64,000 nt of DNA, taken from NCBI GenBank assembly GCA_965657355.1, contig CBFHOE010000002.1, positions 347,856 to 411,855 of the forward strand, in the 5' to 3' direction. This document shows, in pieces, positions 9,763 to 19,390 of this stretch (its first letter is position 1; each line of letters begins with the position of its first letter). The translations under genes and the position numbers were made by a program. Source of the stretch: Limisphaerales bacterium. GTDB lineage: Bacteria > Verrucomicrobiota > Verrucomicrobiia > Limisphaerales > JAJOIW01. The notes beneath the pieces are model-generated. The model made no database searches, was not told the origin of the DNA, and worked only from the letters and a program-made list of their open reading frames with translations.

Positions 9763-11079
9763 ATGAAGTTTAAATCGTATACAAGGAATGACCTAAAGAC
9801 GGTCGCTGAAAGACTGGATTTATCCAAAGATAAGGTCCTAGAAATGGAGGCAGTATCTGCAGTGCTTCCGTTTAGGGTAAATAATTATGTTCTGGAAAAT
9901 TTAATTGATAAGGATTCTTTGCCAAACGACCCTATGTATCAACTTACTTTTCCCCACAGGGAAATGTTAGATGATAGTGACTTCAATAGCATTTTCGATC
10001 TCGTGGCGACAAATGCTGACCCGAATACCATAAGATCGGCAGCTAATAGAGTCCGAAATAAATTAAACCCGCACCCAGCCGGCCAAATGGAATTGAATGT
10101 GCCAAATGTTGATGGGGATAAGTTGGATGGGATACAACACAAATATAATGAAACAGTCCTTTTCTTTCCAGCCCAAGGTCAAACATGCCATTCTTATTGC
10201 AGCTACTGTTTTAGATGGGCCCAATTCATCGGTAATGCTGACTTAAAATTCGCCTCAAAAGAAACCGATAAGCTGATTCAATACCTCAAAGAAAACCCTC
10301 AGGTTAGCAGCCTATTGATAACAGGCGGTGACCCGATGGTCATGAAAACCTCGATTTTAAAAAGTTACATTGAACCGATACTAAATGCTGATTTGCCAAA
10401 CCTACACAGCATCAGAATCGGGACTAAAGCACTCGCATACTGGCCTTATAGATTTACGGAAGGAGAGGAAGCTGACGGACTGATGAGGCTCTTCGAATCA
10501 GTAAAAAAGGCCGGCAAACATCTCGCCTTGATGGCACATTCAAGCCACCCAGTGGAATTGGAGCCAGCCATTGCAGAAAAAGCAATCTCTCGAGTCATTT
10601 CTTCTGGGGCAACAATTCGAGCCCAGGCCCCTTTAATAAAACGGGTAAATGATGAGTCAAATGTTTGGGCTGAATTATGGAGAAAGCAAGTCAGATTAGG
10701 GATTATACCTTATTATATGTTTGTCGAACGCGATACTGGGGCCAAAAACTATTTTGAAGTCCCACTGACACAGGCCTATCAAATTTTCACAAAAGCTTAT
10801 AGCAAAGTCGCAGGTCTTGCGAGAACAGTGAGGGGCCCATCAATGTCCACAGCACCTGGCAAGGTCATGGTAGATGGGATAACCACGATAGGTAATGAAA
10901 AATTGTTTGTCTTAAAAATGCTACAAGGCAGGGATCCGTCTTGGGTTAACAAAGTTTTCTTTGCTAAGTATGATGCAAATGCCACTTGGCTTAATGAACT
11001 CAAGCCAGCTTTCGGGGAACAGCATTTTTTCTTTGAGGATAAACTTACAAAAAGTGGCGAGCTGTTCACTGGAAAATAA
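9763..11079 (+). CDS. KamA-family radical SAM protein (lysine 2,3-aminomutase-like)
   Basis: CHSYCSYCFRW is a CxxxCxxC cluster. The LITGGDPM block and the overall length match the KamA/EpmB family. Confidence 0.8.
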   Translation: MKFKSYTRNDLKTVAERLDLSKDKVLEMEAVSAVLPFRVNNYVLENLIDKDSLPNDPMYQLTFPHREMLDDSDFNSIFDLVATNADPNTIRSAANRVRNKLNPHPAGQMELNVPNVDGDKLDGIQHKYNETVLFFPAQGQTCHSYCSYCFRWAQFIGNADLKFASKETDKLIQYLKENPQVSSLLITGGDPMVMKTSILKSYIEPILNADLPNLHSIRIGTKALAYWPYRFTEGEEADGLMRLFESVKKAGKHLALMAHSSHPVELEPAIAEKAISRVISSGATIRAQAPLIKRVNDESNVWAELWRKQVRLGIIPYYMFVERDTGAKNYFEVPLTQAYQIFTKAYSKVAGLARTVRGPSMSTAPGKVMVDGITTIGNEKLFVLKMLQGRDPSWVNKVFFAKYDANATWLNELKPAFGEQHFFFEDKLTKSGELFTGK

Positions 11080-11106
11080 TTTTCGGGAGATAATTTTTTA
11101 ATCTGT

Positions 11107-12759
11107 TTAATTCGTTTGGAGCTCGCTCAGGCGCTGATTGGTGAGGTCGCTCCAGTTGATAATATTGACTTTTGGCTCTTCTGAGCTCTGGCCAATTTTA
11201 TTATCTCGGAGTTGAACACGCCCTTCGATACTATCGATGATAATGTCGAATTTAGCATTGGAAATCTCAGTATCTTTAATGAACTTATTATCTGCTAATA
11301 CATAATTTGACTTCCAAAGGTTACTCCCCAAAAGAACAACGCCGGCCGAATTTTGAAGCCATGTTCCATAGTTTATGAATTGGTTCTTGAGAATTCTCAA
11401 ATCTCCATGCTGTGCCATCAATCCAAAATCTGTATTTCGAATAAATCGGTTATTGATTACATCCATATTTTTTAACTGAGCAGCCCCCCTATTAACACTA
11501 ATCCCGAAATCACATTCGATAAAATCATTATCTGTAATGTCGATATTTGTTAGGTCTTTCAAAGGGAATATGTTAACCCCGATGGAATATCCTTTAATTA
11601 AATTTCCATTTATTTGGATACCCAAGAGACCGTCGAAAACAATACCTGAACCTGAATTGGGATATCGATGTTCGATGAGGTTATTCCGAATAACTATATC
11701 CTTGTAGTGGTTACTAGGAGCATTAGTAGCAAAAACCATGATACCAATATTGTTAGAATCAAGTATCTCGTTTCCTTCAATCAGAATTCCCTGAGAGGGA
11801 AACCCAGGAAAAGCACCCTCTACTTCAACCCCACGATTACATCTTACAAAGGTATTGTTGAGAACATACCAGCTTGACCCAATGCCACTAATAGCTGCGC
11901 CGTCGTGAAATAATACTGGGACTGTCGCATCACCCCCATCTTCAAAATGACAATTTTCTATGTAGACGTTTCGACTTGCTCGAGGTGTATGTAATTGAGA
12001 AATGCCGTGGTTCCCAAATTTTACGAATCGACATTTATTAAATCGAATATCCTGGTTATAACCAGAGAGTTCAACTGTGGTAAATAATCGAACGGGATTT
12101 TCGGGTACTTCAGGTTTATCCCCTCGGAATTCTATTCCTTGTATTAAAATGTTCTCGCATCCAGCAATCCTCAAGAATTCTCCTGGCCCATTTCCTTTAA
12201 ATACAACTTCACCCTGCCCAATAATCTTAATGTCTCTTTTATTTTTTAATTCCAACATAGGTTTGATACGCTCAACACCATATGTCATGGTCGGGACTAC
12301 CTCGTAGAAACCTTCTTCTATGAATATGATATCGCCGTTTGCGCAAATCTGGAGAGCCTTTTGAAGCGATGCAAATGGCTCTTTCACTTTGTTGGGCTTT
12401 CCTAACGCATCGTCCCCACTTTTCGCTGATACGTAGAGGATGCGGGGTTGGGAATCAGTATAAACTGAAGGAATGACCCGAAAATATTTAGAAAGTTTCC
12501 AACCACCTCTAACAACGCAACTCCTATCTACAGGCATGATTCCATTATAAACCACCTTCCAATCCTTAAGATTAGAAGATCCCAGTATATCAGATCTCGT
12601 ATCAGGCAAATTAGAAACAACAAAAAAATCACCCTCTACAGGTCTTATTTTCAGTCGCCCAATCTCATTCCCGAAAGAAAAATGGTATACAGGTAGAACT
12701 ACCAAAGCTAAACACCAAAAGATCCAAAGCGTACTCATACAATAGCGTAATTTATTCAT
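11107..12759 (-). CDS. Secreted right-handed parallel beta-helix repeat protein
   Basis: N-terminal hydrophobic signal. Repeated about 22-residue I/V-x-N/G turns (IENCHF, NNTFVRC, GNEILDS, RNNLIEH, NGNLIKG, DNDFIEC, NNRFIRN). Confidence 0.7.
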   Translation of the reverse strand: MNKLRYCMSTLWIFWCLALVVLPVYHFSFGNEIGRLKIRPVEGDFFVVSNLPDTRSDILGSSNLKDWKVVYNGIMPVDRSCVVRGGWKLSKYFRVIPSVYTDSQPRILYVSAKSGDDALGKPNKVKEPFASLQKALQICANGDIIFIEEGFYEVVPTMTYGVERIKPMLELKNKRDIKIIGQGEVVFKGNGPGEFLRIAGCENILIQGIEFRGDKPEVPENPVRLFTTVELSGYNQDIRFNKCRFVKFGNHGISQLHTPRASRNVYIENCHFEDGGDATVPVLFHDGAAISGIGSSWYVLNNTFVRCNRGVEVEGAFPGFPSQGILIEGNEILDSNNIGIMVFATNAPSNHYKDIVIRNNLIEHRYPNSGSGIVFDGLLGIQINGNLIKGYSIGVNIFPLKDLTNIDITDNDFIECDFGISVNRGAAQLKNMDVINNRFIRNTDFGLMAQHGDLRILKNQFINYGTWLQNSAGVVLLGSNLWKSNYVLADNKFIKDTEISNAKFDIIIDSIEGRVQLRDNKIGQSSEEPKVNIINWSDLTNQRLSELQTN

Positions 12760-15058
12760 TCTTTAAAATGTGATATTGATTCGGCTCGACCTGAAATTTT
12801 TTCGAGGGTAGACCATTGGCCGGGGTGACTTCAATCTCACATTCATCGCGATATTTCCCTAAGCCAAATTTCAAACACCAGGGAGATTGAGATCTATACG
12901 ACTCACCATATATCATCCAACGGGTGAGAAGAGATTCATTGTCTTTCCTGCGTAATGTTACTTTCGTGCCAGGAGGTTGATCGTAAAGGTGAAAATTTAA
13001 CCCAACCCAACTATTACTATTAGATTGCGAATTATAAACAACTTTGAGCTTTTGCTGTACTTGTGGAAAAACCTCAAAGGTTGTATAGATAAGATCTTCG
13101 CAACCATCAAGATTTAGATCTGCAGCAACAACGGCTCTAGAATCTGACTGGTCTGCAAGCCCCAAAGATAAATTAATATCTATTAAAGAAGCCCTGTCTT
13201 GACTGGAGATACCCTTTAAAAATCGGTTCACCTCATACCCCCCGTATGAATATCCGGCTCCGCGAGTTTGTGGCATAGAAAGCTTAAAGTATTGATCTAC
13301 AATAGGACTCGAAATCGAATTTCCTAAATAAATATCATAACACCAAAAATAACTTTCGTAATCGGCAGTTGATTTTGAAGACTCATGACCATTCGTCAGG
13401 TAATAATCATCAAATCCGTCGTTGTCATAATCAAAGTTTTCCACCCCCCAAGCCCAGCCTGTTCTTTGCCAAGGGCCTTCAATATCTAATGGGCTAAATT
13501 GAGACCTTGAAGAAACTTCAAACCACCGATTTCCCTGCGAGATTATCGATCTTTCATTTAAAAAAACGGATTGCTTCGAAGGGTACGAATTTGAAGCGTT
13601 AAGTCTTTCGACTGTCGGAACATTCATACCTGTCATTAAAATTTCTGGAATGCCGTTCTGATTCGCATCAGTGACCAGATGACTCATACCAAACCCCTCG
13701 CGAATTCCCTCCATCTGTTTGTTTGCATTGAGAAACGCCCCATCACCTTTGTTCCAATATAAATCTAAGCCCGAAAAATCACTCGTCACAATAAGGTCAA
13801 GATTTTGATCTTGATCAAGATCAACGAAACTCCCAGCAAACGCTCTCCTAAATCTGTATTCGCCAAGCCCAACCTCCTCTGTCACATCGACGAAACTCTG
13901 TTCTTTGGTTTGTTTGAGAAGATAAAAGGGTTCTCCGTCGTTTGCGTCATAAAATGGCGTTGGCATTTGTCCTCCTGTATAAGGAGGTCGATATTGACCA
14001 AACCAGATATCTTGAAGTCCATCATTGTTTGTATCCCCGATGGAAAAATTTATCCCACCTCGTATCTTTTTTGGTGCTTTCCAAATCATTTCTGGAGGCT
14101 GAATGAATTTCCCTCCTACATTCTGCCTCCATAACCAGATACCTGAGGTATCACTGGCAATAAGCTGTATTGTCTTATCATTAAAAAGTGAAACCACAGC
14201 GGCAGCAGCCATCAAAGGCCTTGGAAACTTACACAACTCCTCAATCCGGCCTAATTCCCCTTCGTTATTCCAAATCACCTTATTCGCACCAGGCAAAGAA
14301 ACCTCAGGAAAATAGTCACCATTTAAATCTTGAATTATTAAAGGGCCAATTGGATACCCTTGACTAGATGGAGAAAATACTTTCTCCAAAACCTTCCCAA
14401 AACTATCAAAATCAACAGTCTCCTGTATTACATATTTAACAACTTTTATTGCAACCCCTTTGAAATCAAAAGATGCGTCTCGCCATCGAACTTCCAATAC
14501 AACGTCTATTTTTATCGGCTTACCATTTTGTTTAAATCTCAGGTATATTGTTCCGTATAGATGGCTAAGAATCTCCCCTCCAGATATTTTTGAAATTTCA
14601 TTTTGTCTCAGTTCAAGCTGAACAATTTCGATATCCATATCAGCTAGACTTTCAATGAAATCGTTGCCGCTTTTTATGACTATACCTTCTTTCCCGGAAA
14701 ATCCCTCGTTAATCTCTCCAACAAAAAGGTCAATACCTTCCACCATGCTTTTCACCCGTCTTTTTTGGGGAAATGTGATTTTTGAATCAGCCAAATAAGA
14801 TTTTAAAACAAACCAGTCGTCTCTATTAAAATTTATGGCATCCCACAACTGAACAAATTTACTCTCGGCTTTTCGAGCAAGAATCTCATTTTGATAATAC
14901 TCTTTGTCCCATCTTTTAACAATTTCCACCATTTTTTCTGCAGAAGGTGGAAAACCAGTTCCATCTATTAATTTCACCGAGCTTTCTGATTCAGTATTGC
15001 AGCCCGAATGAAATAACAAATTAATGATAATAAGTACAGCTAGTAAGATGAATCTCAT
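12752..15058 (-). CDS. FG-GAP/VCBS repeat protein with ASPIC/UnbV-like C-terminus (CRTAC1 family), lipoprotein
   Basis: Lipobox FHSGC. Repeated Ca-binding DxNxDG-type loops (DLNGDY, DTNNDGLQD, DLDQDQNLD, DANQNGIPE, DYDNDGFDD, DLNLDGCED). Confidence 0.75.
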   Translation of the reverse strand: MRFILLAVLIIINLLFHSGCNTESESSVKLIDGTGFPPSAEKMVEIVKRWDKEYYQNEILARKAESKFVQLWDAINFNRDDWFVLKSYLADSKITFPQKRRVKSMVEGIDLFVGEINEGFSGKEGIVIKSGNDFIESLADMDIEIVQLELRQNEISKISGGEILSHLYGTIYLRFKQNGKPIKIDVVLEVRWRDASFDFKGVAIKVVKYVIQETVDFDSFGKVLEKVFSPSSQGYPIGPLIIQDLNGDYFPEVSLPGANKVIWNNEGELGRIEELCKFPRPLMAAAAVVSLFNDKTIQLIASDTSGIWLWRQNVGGKFIQPPEMIWKAPKKIRGGINFSIGDTNNDGLQDIWFGQYRPPYTGGQMPTPFYDANDGEPFYLLKQTKEQSFVDVTEEVGLGEYRFRRAFAGSFVDLDQDQNLDLIVTSDFSGLDLYWNKGDGAFLNANKQMEGIREGFGMSHLVTDANQNGIPEILMTGMNVPTVERLNASNSYPSKQSVFLNERSIISQGNRWFEVSSRSQFSPLDIEGPWQRTGWAWGVENFDYDNDGFDDYYLTNGHESSKSTADYESYFWCYDIYLGNSISSPIVDQYFKLSMPQTRGAGYSYGGYEVNRFLKGISSQDRASLIDINLSLGLADQSDSRAVVAADLNLDGCEDLIYTTFEVFPQVQQKLKVVYNSQSNSNSWVGLNFHLYDQPPGTKVTLRRKDNESLLTRWMIYGESYRSQSPWCLKFGLGKYRDECEIEVTPANGLPSKKFQVEPNQYHILKNE

Positions 15059-15059
15059 A

Positions 15060-15950
15060 TTACACCTGACATCTCGTGCAAAAATAAGTTGGCCTATTCG
15101 ATTGTTTAACTTTAACTATTAGCTTTCCACAAATATAACATGATTTTGATTCACGCCCATATACATTAAATTCGAATTGTTGTTCTTTTATTTCGATGCC
15201 TTGTTGTGATTGATTGTTTTTTATACCGAAATAGAAGAGCTTTCCTTGGTGACTTTCATTTCCGAAATCAAGATCCAAAGAATTCCCTATTTTTACAGCT
15301 CTACGGATAACTTTAAAGATACAATCTTTAATTTTATTTCTTTGCTGATCATTCAAGTCGACAGCTCTTTTGCCTGGATGGACCCCTAGCTCAAAAAGAA
15401 TTTCATTGGCGTAAATGTTACCTATTCCGCAAAAAAGTGATTGATCCATGAGCAAGTCTTTCAACAACCTATGACTTTTGCGAAAGGCTTCAGGCAACTT
15501 TTCATTAAAGAAATTACGGTCAAGGGGGTCTAATCCAAGCTTGTCCAAAAAACCCATGTCATGCGTCAGGAAACCGAATTTCCGGACATCGGTAAATATC
15601 AGGAGTGAGGTGGAGAACTTAAAGGCGGTTACTATGTGCTTTGAAGACACTTTTTGAAGTGATCCTTTAGCCCAATAAAGTCGACCGGTCATCCCAAGAT
15701 GTCCCAGAATCTCACCATCTACATTACAACCAGCTTTATCACTAGAGAATTCCATGACCCAAAATTTCCCCTTTCTTCGAAACCTCCTCAAATGCTGTCC
15801 AATAAACTCTTTTCCCCAACCCTCTGATTTATGGCTCGTATCGAAACGTAATGCGCGTGGGTGAGGTGTTGTGACATCCACGACTTTCCCGGCGGGAATG
15901 TTTCGGTTTAAATATTGTTTGAGACATTCAACTTCTGGTAATTCTGGCAT
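15060..15950 (-). CDS. mutM: Formamidopyrimidine-DNA glycosylase
   Basis: MPELPEVE N-terminus, H2TH region and C-terminal zinc finger CYICG...CTRCQ. Confidence 0.9.
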   Translation of the reverse strand: MPELPEVECLKQYLNRNIPAGKVVDVTTPHPRALRFDTSHKSEGWGKEFIGQHLRRFRRKGKFWVMEFSSDKAGCNVDGEILGHLGMTGRLYWAKGSLQKVSSKHIVTAFKFSTSLLIFTDVRKFGFLTHDMGFLDKLGLDPLDRNFFNEKLPEAFRKSHRLLKDLLMDQSLFCGIGNIYANEILFELGVHPGKRAVDLNDQQRNKIKDCIFKVIRRAVKIGNSLDLDFGNESHQGKLFYFGIKNNQSQQGIEIKEQQFEFNVYGRESKSCYICGKLIVKVKQSNRPTYFCTRCQV

Positions 15951-15966
15951 TTTAATTATCCAGTTC

Positions 15967-16416
15967 TTAGGTTCTGTAATCTCTTCCTCCCATCAAACCA
16001 AATGCACGCGGGATATGATGAATAGAAAATTGCGAACGACCAGAATATTCAACAACAATAATATCAAATTGAATTCGAACCTTTGGGTTTCCGAGTTCTT
16101 TTAAATAATCCAAAGCAGCACTATTTATTCTTTTTCTTTGCCTAAGGCTCACTAGGTTAGAAGGCTTTAAAGTCATGTCTATAAAACTGCGCGTTTTTAC
16201 CTCAACGAATAAAAGTAGGGCTTCGCTTTTTGACCTAAATACTAGGTCAATTTCTCCTCTTTCTGTTTGATAGTTCGCAATTAAAAACCGGTATCCGAGA
16301 GTTTTCAAAAAACATTTTGCTTTATTTTCTCCGAAACTACCTATCATAAGGTGTTCGGGCTTTTTATGTTTATTCATCACATTTCTCATCCATTTCACCA
16401 TCTTCATTTTATTCAT
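15967..16416 (-). CDS. yraN: YraN-family (UPF0102) endonuclease
   Basis: GEIDLVF...LLFVEVKTR core of the YraN family. It sits in the usual position beside rnhB. Confidence 0.8.
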   Translation of the reverse strand: MNKMKMVKWMRNVMNKHKKPEHLMIGSFGENKAKCFLKTLGYRFLIANYQTERGEIDLVFRSKSEALLLFVEVKTRSFIDMTLKPSNLVSLRQRKRINSAALDYLKELGNPKVRIQFDIIVVEYSGRSQFSIHHIPRAFGLMGGRDYRT

Positions 16417-16459
16417 CTCATCAACACATTTTCTAAAATTTACATTGTAAAAGGTTTTA

Positions 16460-17140
16460 TCAAAACATCTCCAGCTGCTCTTGCCTTAGAGGGGCAAAAG
16501 AATGACGATGTAAAGGAGTCGGACCAAACCTTTTTAGGGCCTCGAGATGTTCTTTCGTGCCGTATCCTTTGTGCTTCCCAAAACCATACCCTGGATAATC
16601 TTTATCAGCCTGCTCCATTATTCTGTCCCTAGTAACCTTTGCGATAATCGACGCAGCTGCAATGGTGTATGATTTCGAATCACCTTTTATGACAGACTCA
16701 TGAATAAATGGAGATGGTTTCAGGGGTAAACCATCAACTAACGCAATATAGTTCTCTACCATCAATCCATCTAGCGCCGATTTCATGGCAATCTTGGTAG
16801 CTTCGAGAATATTCACTTTGTCTATCTCAGAAGCCTCTACAATACCTATCGAAAATCTAATATCCGCATGAGTGGTGAGAAAACCAAAAAGTCTTTCTCT
16901 ATTTCTCTCAGACAACTTCTTAGAGTCGTTTAAATCTGATAATTCCTGATTTTGAAACGAGTCCTCCTCTATCCAATTTTTCGGGAATAAGACCGCGGCA
17001 GCCACAACGGGCCCTGCCAAAGGCCCTCGCCCAGCCTCATCAATGCCGGGAACGGAGGTTTTAGTTCCCTTTGACAATGCCTGTATCAAGAGCTTTCTCT
17101 CTAGATGAAACCCTATTATTTTTTCAACCATTTCGAACAA
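16460..17140 (-). CDS. rnhB: Ribonuclease HII
   Basis: GIDEAGRGPLAGPVV, DSKKLS and ASIIAK motifs. Confidence 0.92.
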   Translation of the reverse strand: MFEMVEKIIGFHLERKLLIQALSKGTKTSVPGIDEAGRGPLAGPVVAAAVLFPKNWIEEDSFQNQELSDLNDSKKLSERNRERLFGFLTTHADIRFSIGIVEASEIDKVNILEATKIAMKSALDGLMVENYIALVDGLPLKPSPFIHESVIKGDSKSYTIAAASIIAKVTRDRIMEQADKDYPGYGFGKHKGYGTKEHLEALKRFGPTPLHRHSFAPLRQEQLEMF

Positions 17141-17318
17141 ATCTGATTATTTCATCACTGCGTGACCACCCACAATGCTTTTAAGAGACTCATTGTCGAC
17201 TGGAGATTTGGCACAAGCTGGCATTTGCAAAGGAAACGGGACATAAAAAAGAGCTAAATTTAATCAGGAAACCGATTTTTGGGGTGATTTTTACTTTTGC
17301 TTAGACTATGTTACCACC

Positions 17319-18851
17319 ATGTTAGCATATGTAATTGTCGGGGTAATTGCCGTATTGGCCCCAGTCATTGGCTATTTTCTAGGGGCGGTGAGGATGTTCA
17401 CCTGCTTTATAGGTGTTTTCGTCGGAGTTTTCACCGCACCAATGATCTCAGCAAGTATTAAAGGCCTGTTGCCCAAAATTAAAATCACAGATCCGTTTTG
17501 GCAGGACTTTTTTGGACCGGGTATCTCATTCCTCATCATTATGCTAATATTTTTGGGGATTAGTTTTGCCGTTCATATGATTCCATCCAATTTTTATCGT
17601 ATGAGGAGAGACGAGGTCACAAGATTAAAATGGAACAAAGTCATGCAGAAATCTGGAGTGGTTATGGGGCTGTTCACGGGTTTGGCCGTTTTGATAGCCA
17701 CAAGTTACTTGGTTTCCTCATTCGGATATCCTGCGAAATTATTTCCAGGATCATCTCAACCAAAAGGATTTTCAGAGCTTACAGAAACACAGGATGGATT
17801 TGATAAGGTTGGCCTCGGGCAAATCTCAGGTGGGCTCAACAAGACTCCAGATGAATTCTACGAATTGGTAGAGACAGTGGCGACCATCTACAACAACCCA
17901 AGTCCTGCCATTAAAAAACGACTCACTGCCTATCCTCCATTCCTCAACAAGCTCAAGGACGACTCGTTTTATAAAAGCATAGCTTCTGATTCTAGTCTCA
18001 AAGATGTATTCAGTAAGAAGGGAGATTTCACCAAGATTTACTCCAATGAAAATGTTCAGAATGCCCTGAAGGAAATGCCAATTTACCAAGAACTTGAGGA
18101 GATTGACCTAAGTGATATGAAGGAATTCCTCAAATCCGGGAAATCCAAAAAGTATGGCAAAAATAAAGTCGTTGGCCGGTGGAAGTTAGATTCCGGACAG
18201 ACGACGCGCGAATGCCTATCCGAGATGGATACTGTTTCGAAATCCATTCTGCCTGTGGTCAGAAAGGCATTTAACGATGTAAACATCGTAATGACAGCAA
18301 CTTTAGATGGAAAATTTACTTCATCTATCATTATTCCCGAAGCCCAGATCGCTCGCTACCTAAGTGAACAAGCATCCCAACAAAGAGATCGCCAAAAGAT
18401 CAATGCTTCCAGTCTTAGAATTCTTCAAGGAGCAAACTCCAACGGAGATTCCTTTGGCGGAGGAGGCCAAGATTTTGGAGACAGCTATAACACCCCGCCT
18501 AGAATGAGTCAGGATATGAGGGATTCTTATGGTCTTTCGGGAGGTGCCGGTGGACCGGGTGGAAATTCGGCTTCAAACTCTGAAGCCTTCCAAAACAACC
18601 AAGCCGCTCAGCAAAGAATTCTCAGTCAGAGAATGAAAAATAATAAATCGTCAGCTAAAGTTGATCCTGCAGCCGAAATCAGAAGAATACTCGCGGAACT
18701 AGGCCGTAACACTTCGGGTACTTGGAAAAAAGAAGGATACAAATACATTCTCAAATTTGGGAACGGAAGATCTCTGGAAGGACTTGTTGTCGGCGATGAA
18801 TTAAAAATTGTTGATAACATGAAAAAATACGTCTTTTACCCAGATATCTGA
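17319..18851 (+). CDS. Membrane protein with hydrophobic N-terminal region and G/Q/S/N-rich low-complexity segment
   Basis: About four hydrophobic helices in the first 140 aa, possibly CvpA-like. A low-complexity stretch follows (GGGGQDFG...GGAGGPGGNSASN). Confidence 0.55.
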   Translation: MLAYVIVGVIAVLAPVIGYFLGAVRMFTCFIGVFVGVFTAPMISASIKGLLPKIKITDPFWQDFFGPGISFLIIMLIFLGISFAVHMIPSNFYRMRRDEVTRLKWNKVMQKSGVVMGLFTGLAVLIATSYLVSSFGYPAKLFPGSSQPKGFSELTETQDGFDKVGLGQISGGLNKTPDEFYELVETVATIYNNPSPAIKKRLTAYPPFLNKLKDDSFYKSIASDSSLKDVFSKKGDFTKIYSNENVQNALKEMPIYQELEEIDLSDMKEFLKSGKSKKYGKNKVVGRWKLDSGQTTRECLSEMDTVSKSILPVVRKAFNDVNIVMTATLDGKFTSSIIIPEAQIARYLSEQASQQRDRQKINASSLRILQGANSNGDSFGGGGQDFGDSYNTPPRMSQDMRDSYGLSGGAGGPGGNSASNSEAFQNNQAAQQRILSQRMKNNKSSAKVDPAAEIRRILAELGRNTSGTWKKEGYKYILKFGNGRSLEGLVVGDELKIVDNMKKYVFYPDI

Positions 18852-18875
18852 TAATAATTACTAAATATTTTATAG

Positions 18876-18906
18876 AAAAAGCCCCAATACATGGGGCTTT
18901 TTTTTT
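18876..18906 (+). terminator. Rho-independent terminator
   Basis: GCCCCA-ATACA-TGGGGC hairpin (18881-18897) preceded by an A-run and followed by T9. It starts 25 nt after the stop at 18851. Confidence 0.75.
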
Positions 18907-19390
18907 CAACTATAAAGAAGGTGCTGTTGAATATTTGCTTCACCATTGATGTGCCCATAAATCAGAGGAATACATCATCACGAAATTGTTGAGTTCATGG
19001 ATCACGATAATAATCACATTTCCTTGCCTGCCTTTATTTGCAATTTTGACTAAGCATAAAGGTAGGACTTACGGAGGAACACAAAAGAATACAACATACC
19101 TTTTAAGTTACAAAATCACCCATTCGTAAAAATTTAACGAATTACCGTTTTCCTGACAAAATGGATCACTGGAGATGTAAGACTGAATTCATAGGATCGA
19201 ATGAAAATTACAGTCACGATATGACGACCGATTTCGGGAAACTCTATTTTATACATAGTGAATATAAAAATTAATGGTCCAGCCCAAATGTTTGTTCACT
19301 ATTTTTTTATTTTTATGAAATCTTATAGAGAATCCTTGTGCTCCCTAGAATAGAAATGAACAATGATTCAAACGACAAATCGCTTCGAAT

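Noticed and set aside
17209-17229. TGGCACAAGCTGGCATTTGCA upstream of the 17319 gene looks like a sigma-54 -24/-12 promoter.
   Set aside because: The spacing does not fit GG-N10-GC. The nearest GC is 9 nt after the GG and the TTGCA-type element is 15 nt away, so it is not a credible RpoN promoter.
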